Source: Alphaproteobacteria bacterium
GTDB lineage: Bacteria > Pseudomonadota > Alphaproteobacteria > Bin95
DNA length: 64,000 nt
Direction of reading: 5' to 3'
NCBI GenBank assembly: GCA_964291285.2
Contig: OZ219788.1
Location: forward strand, 704,001-768,000
This document shows, one piece after another, positions 61,354 through 64,000 of the stretch (position 1 is its first letter; every line of letters begins with the position of its first letter). The translations under genes were made by a program, and so were the position numbers. The notes below the pieces were generated by a model, which did no database searches, was not told the origin of the DNA, and saw only the letters and a program-made list of their open reading frames with translations.

Positions 61354-63150
61354 GTGCCGGTCATGGCGAGGTTTCTGTTTGCGGGTGTTTGGGTTGATCT
61401 TCGCGCGGTCACGGTGCGCCCGACCTGGGGGGCACGGGAGCACCGGCGCTGGGACGATTTGGTAGCGGCGCACCACTATCTGCGGTTCCACGGCATCATC
61501 GGCAAGGGTCTGCGCCATGTCGCGGTTCATGGCGAGGCCTGGCTTGCCCTGGTTGGCTGGCAGCCTGGAGCGTTCAAGGTGGGAGCGCGGGACCGCTGGA
61601 TCGGGTGGTCGGCGGAGCAGCAGTTCCGTCGCCTGCATCTGGTTGCCAACAACTCGCGCTTTGTCATCCTGACGCCTGAGCGGGTTCCCAACCTTGCCTC
61701 GCGGGTGCTGGGGCTGAGCGTGCGGCGGCTGTCGCAGGACCTGCGGGCGGCGCATGGCTATCCGGCTGTTGTGGCGGAGACGTTTGTGGACGTCTCGCGC
61801 TTCGCCGGCACCTGCTACCGCGCGGCCAACTGGCGCTCTTTGGGTCTGACGCGCGGCTTTGCCCGCGAGCCCGGAGGGGTGGCGCGCTGGCGTCACCACG
61901 GCCAGCCCAAGGAGGTCTTCGTGTTCGAACTGACACACGGCGCCCCCGAGGCGCTGAGCCATCCCGAGATACCGGCAGACTGGAACGCTGAGCAGCACAC
62001 CGAGCCGATGGCGGCGCCCCGGCTGCGCAGCCTGTTCGAGTGTTTGGGCGAGGTGCCCGAATACCGCCATGCCCGGGGCAAGCGCTATGCGCTCACCACC
62101 ATTCTGACGCTGGCCGTTGCCGCCCGGCTTGCCGGATACCGGGGTGTGAACGCCTTCGCCCAGTTCGCCGCCCTGCTCTCCCAGAAGCAACTCAAGGCGG
62201 TGGGCGCCTTCTGGAGCCCATCCAGGCAGTGCTACACGCCGCCGGCGGTCACCACCTTCCACAACATCCTCGCCGCCCTGCCGCCACAGACCCTGGACAA
62301 TGCCATCGGCCAGTGGGCCGGACAGCACAGCAGTGCGCACGCGCCTGTGGCCATGGACGGAAAGGATTTGCGCGGTGCCTCGAAGCAGAGCGAAGACCGG
62401 CGCAGGAGGATGGTCGCTGCGGTGGCGCATGACACCGGCGTGGTCCTCGGGCAGGTCGAAGTCAGCTCCAAAAGCAACGAAATCCCGGCCGTGCGCGAAC
62501 TCTCCAGCGGTCTCGACCTCACAGGCCGGATCGTCACCATCGATGCGATGCACGCCCAGCACGAGACCGCGCGTTGCCTGCTCGAACGCCGTGCCGACTA
62601 CGTGGTCAGCGCGGTGAAGGGCAACCAGCAGACCATCCTCGAAGACCTCAAGGCGATCGACTTCAGCGATGCGCCCTGGCACGAAACCGTCGACAAGGGC
62701 CATGGTCGCATTGAGCGCCGACGCTGCGCCGTCGTCGACCTCTGCGCTGCCGAGTGGGACGGCTACGCCCACCTTCACGGGCGCCGCCAGGCAATGCGCA
62801 TGGAACGCGAGCGCAAGATGCTCAAAACCGGCAAGCGCAGCATCGAGGTCACCTGGAGCCTGACGTCGCTTGGCGCAGAGCGAGCCGGCCCCAAGGAGCT
62901 TCTCGATCTGGTGCGCAACCACTGGCACATTGAGAACCGTGTGCACTATGTGCGTGACTTCACCTATGACGAAGACCGTTGCCGGGCATATGTGCGCCAC
63001 CTGCCCGGAAATCTGGCCTGCTTGAGCAACGCGGCCATCGCTATCGTGCGCTGCGACGGACGCTTCCGATATGTACCCGAGGCCAACCGGCACTACGCCG
63101 CCCGCGCCCAAGAGGCCCTCGACGCGATTATGATCGCGCCCAGAGGCTGA
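61354..63150 (+). CDS. DUF4338 - ISAs1 transposase fusion (start approximate)
   Basis: N-terminal HHYL, RDRWIGW, NNSRF, NLASRVL, ETFVD, GTCYRAANW; C-terminal AMDGK, KSNEIP, TIDAMHAQ, VKGNQ, HGRIE, RNHWHIEN..H..RD..ED. Confidence 0.92.
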   Translation: MPVMARFLFAGVWVDLRAVTVRPTWGAREHRRWDDLVAAHHYLRFHGIIGKGLRHVAVHGEAWLALVGWQPGAFKVGARDRWIGWSAEQQFRRLHLVANNSRFVILTPERVPNLASRVLGLSVRRLSQDLRAAHGYPAVVAETFVDVSRFAGTCYRAANWRSLGLTRGFAREPGGVARWRHHGQPKEVFVFELTHGAPEALSHPEIPADWNAEQHTEPMAAPRLRSLFECLGEVPEYRHARGKRYALTTILTLAVAARLAGYRGVNAFAQFAALLSQKQLKAVGAFWSPSRQCYTPPAVTTFHNILAALPPQTLDNAIGQWAGQHSSAHAPVAMDGKDLRGASKQSEDRRRRMVAAVAHDTGVVLGQVEVSSKSNEIPAVRELSSGLDLTGRIVTIDAMHAQHETARCLLERRADYVVSAVKGNQQTILEDLKAIDFSDAPWHETVDKGHGRIERRRCAVVDLCAAEWDGYAHLHGRRQAMRMERERKMLKTGKRSIEVTWSLTSLGAERAGPKELLDLVRNHWHIENRVHYVRDFTYDEDRCRAYVRHLPGNLACLSNAAIAIVRCDGRFRYVPEANRHYAARAQEALDAIMIAPRG

Positions 63151-63287
63151 TACCCCACCCCCCACCGCAATACAGGCTCGGGCCGAAGAACGGCGCAGCA
63201 AAACAACTGCGCCCGTCGAGGACGAAAACACTGGACCGCGGCATCAAGAAACCACCATGACGGCGGCCAGAAACGTCTGGGGTTCCC

Positions 63288-63701
63288 CAAAACCTTCATT
63301 GTCGGGCGGGTCGGCCACCCCGTATCATGAAAACAGGTGCCGGCCGCGCGGGCGGGACTTCGGGCTTTTACGGGGTTGCCTACCGGTCAGGGTCCGCAAG
63401 ACGGGCGCCGCAGATGGCGAGTATCGGACGCCTCGGGAGCAGTGCTTTGGCGGGGAGGTTTTTTTTGCGCCCGATCCCCAACAATTTTCACGGCAAAACC
63501 TTCATTGTCGGGCGGGTCGGCCACCCCGTATCATGAAAACAGGTGCCGGCCGCGCGGGCGGGACTTCGGGCTTTTACGGGGTTGCCTACCGGTCAGGGTC
63601 CGCAAGACGGGCGCCGCAGATGGCGAGTATCGGACGCCTCGGGAGCAGTGCTTTGGCGGGGAGGTTTTTTTTGCGCCCGATCCCCAACAATTTTCACGGC
63701 A
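63288..63701 (+). repeat. Tandem dimer of the 206-bp cassette (copies 2 and 3)
   Basis: CA cores at 63288, 63494 and 63700; the two units read identical. Confidence 0.92.
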
Positions 63702-63777
63702 AACACCGGCAGCCAGACCGACATCACTCAGACAAAGCCCGCGGTTCGACTAAAAATTTTCCCTGCCGGTCAAGTCC

Positions 63778-64000
63778 TTGCGCGCCTATTTCCGTTTCAT
63801 CGCCGCGAACGCGCCGTTCCTCGGGTTCGGAGTCCTGCTGGCCTGTTTTTCGAGCTTCGGGCAGACCTTCTATATCGGGCTGTTCGGCGCCTCGATCCGC
63901 GCCGAATTCGCGCTCGACCATGCCGGGTTCGGGTCGCTTTACATGGCGGGCACGCTCGTCAGCGGGTTCGCCTTCGCCTTCGCCGGGCGCGCGATCGACC
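63778..64000 (+). CDS. MFS transporter, 5' part (runs off window)
   Basis: TTG 63778: LRAYFRFIAANAPFLGFGVLLACFSSFGQTFYIGLFG. Confidence 0.75.
   Translation, partial: MRAYFRFIAANAPFLGFGVLLACFSSFGQTFYIGLFGASIRAEFALDHAGFGSLYMAGTLVSGFAFAFAGRAID

Larger units (their letters stand above)
61276..63765 (+). mobile_element. ISAs1-family element with DUF4338 fusion and nested cassette dimer
   Basis: CAGGG termini; 10-bp TSD CCGGTCAAGT at 61266-61275 and 63766-63775. Confidence 0.92.

Noticed and set aside
63288-63701. Possible CRISPR array or protein-coding repeat (MKTGAGR... ORFs)
   Set aside because: Units are 206 bp with no spacers and no cas genes; the period is not a multiple of 3 and the frames differ between copies

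Overview
High-GC alphaproteobacterial DNA, Rhodospirillales-like by gene order (aroB-aroK / xerD-accA; lipB / tRNA-Leu / mgtE). It has two parts. (1) Positions 1-27160 are an accessory island ending at a large serine recombinase that reads into the 3' end of tRNA-Met. The island holds nested IS elements (two IS66, an IS4/IS5-like remnant, an IS1595-type MITE, IS630, two IS1380), a NitT/TauT ABC transporter plus amidohydrolase operon, a tandem pair of arm-type tyrosine integrases, two RTX Ca-binding proteins, and a DUF1778/GNAT toxin-antitoxin pair with an IS66-split toxin. (2) Positions 27.2-64 kb are mostly core or metabolic genes (cytochrome c', lipB, mgtE, hppA, aroBK, xerD, accA, glcB, several MFS), interrupted by small accessory patches. 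The most notable signals are: a 206-207 bp non-coding, TIR-less mobile cassette in three copies, two of them a perfect tandem dimer, with a CA core, junction symmetry and an internal promoter; a DUF4338 (DruA/Mom-like) domain carried by two unrelated IS families; a poly-G tract between the -35 and -10 of the RTX promoter; a REP-flanked pair of PD-(D/E)XK nucleases; and two LexA-box-like promoters driving odd units. No CRISPR array or rRNA was seen. All family calls come from motifs recognised by eye, not from database searches.
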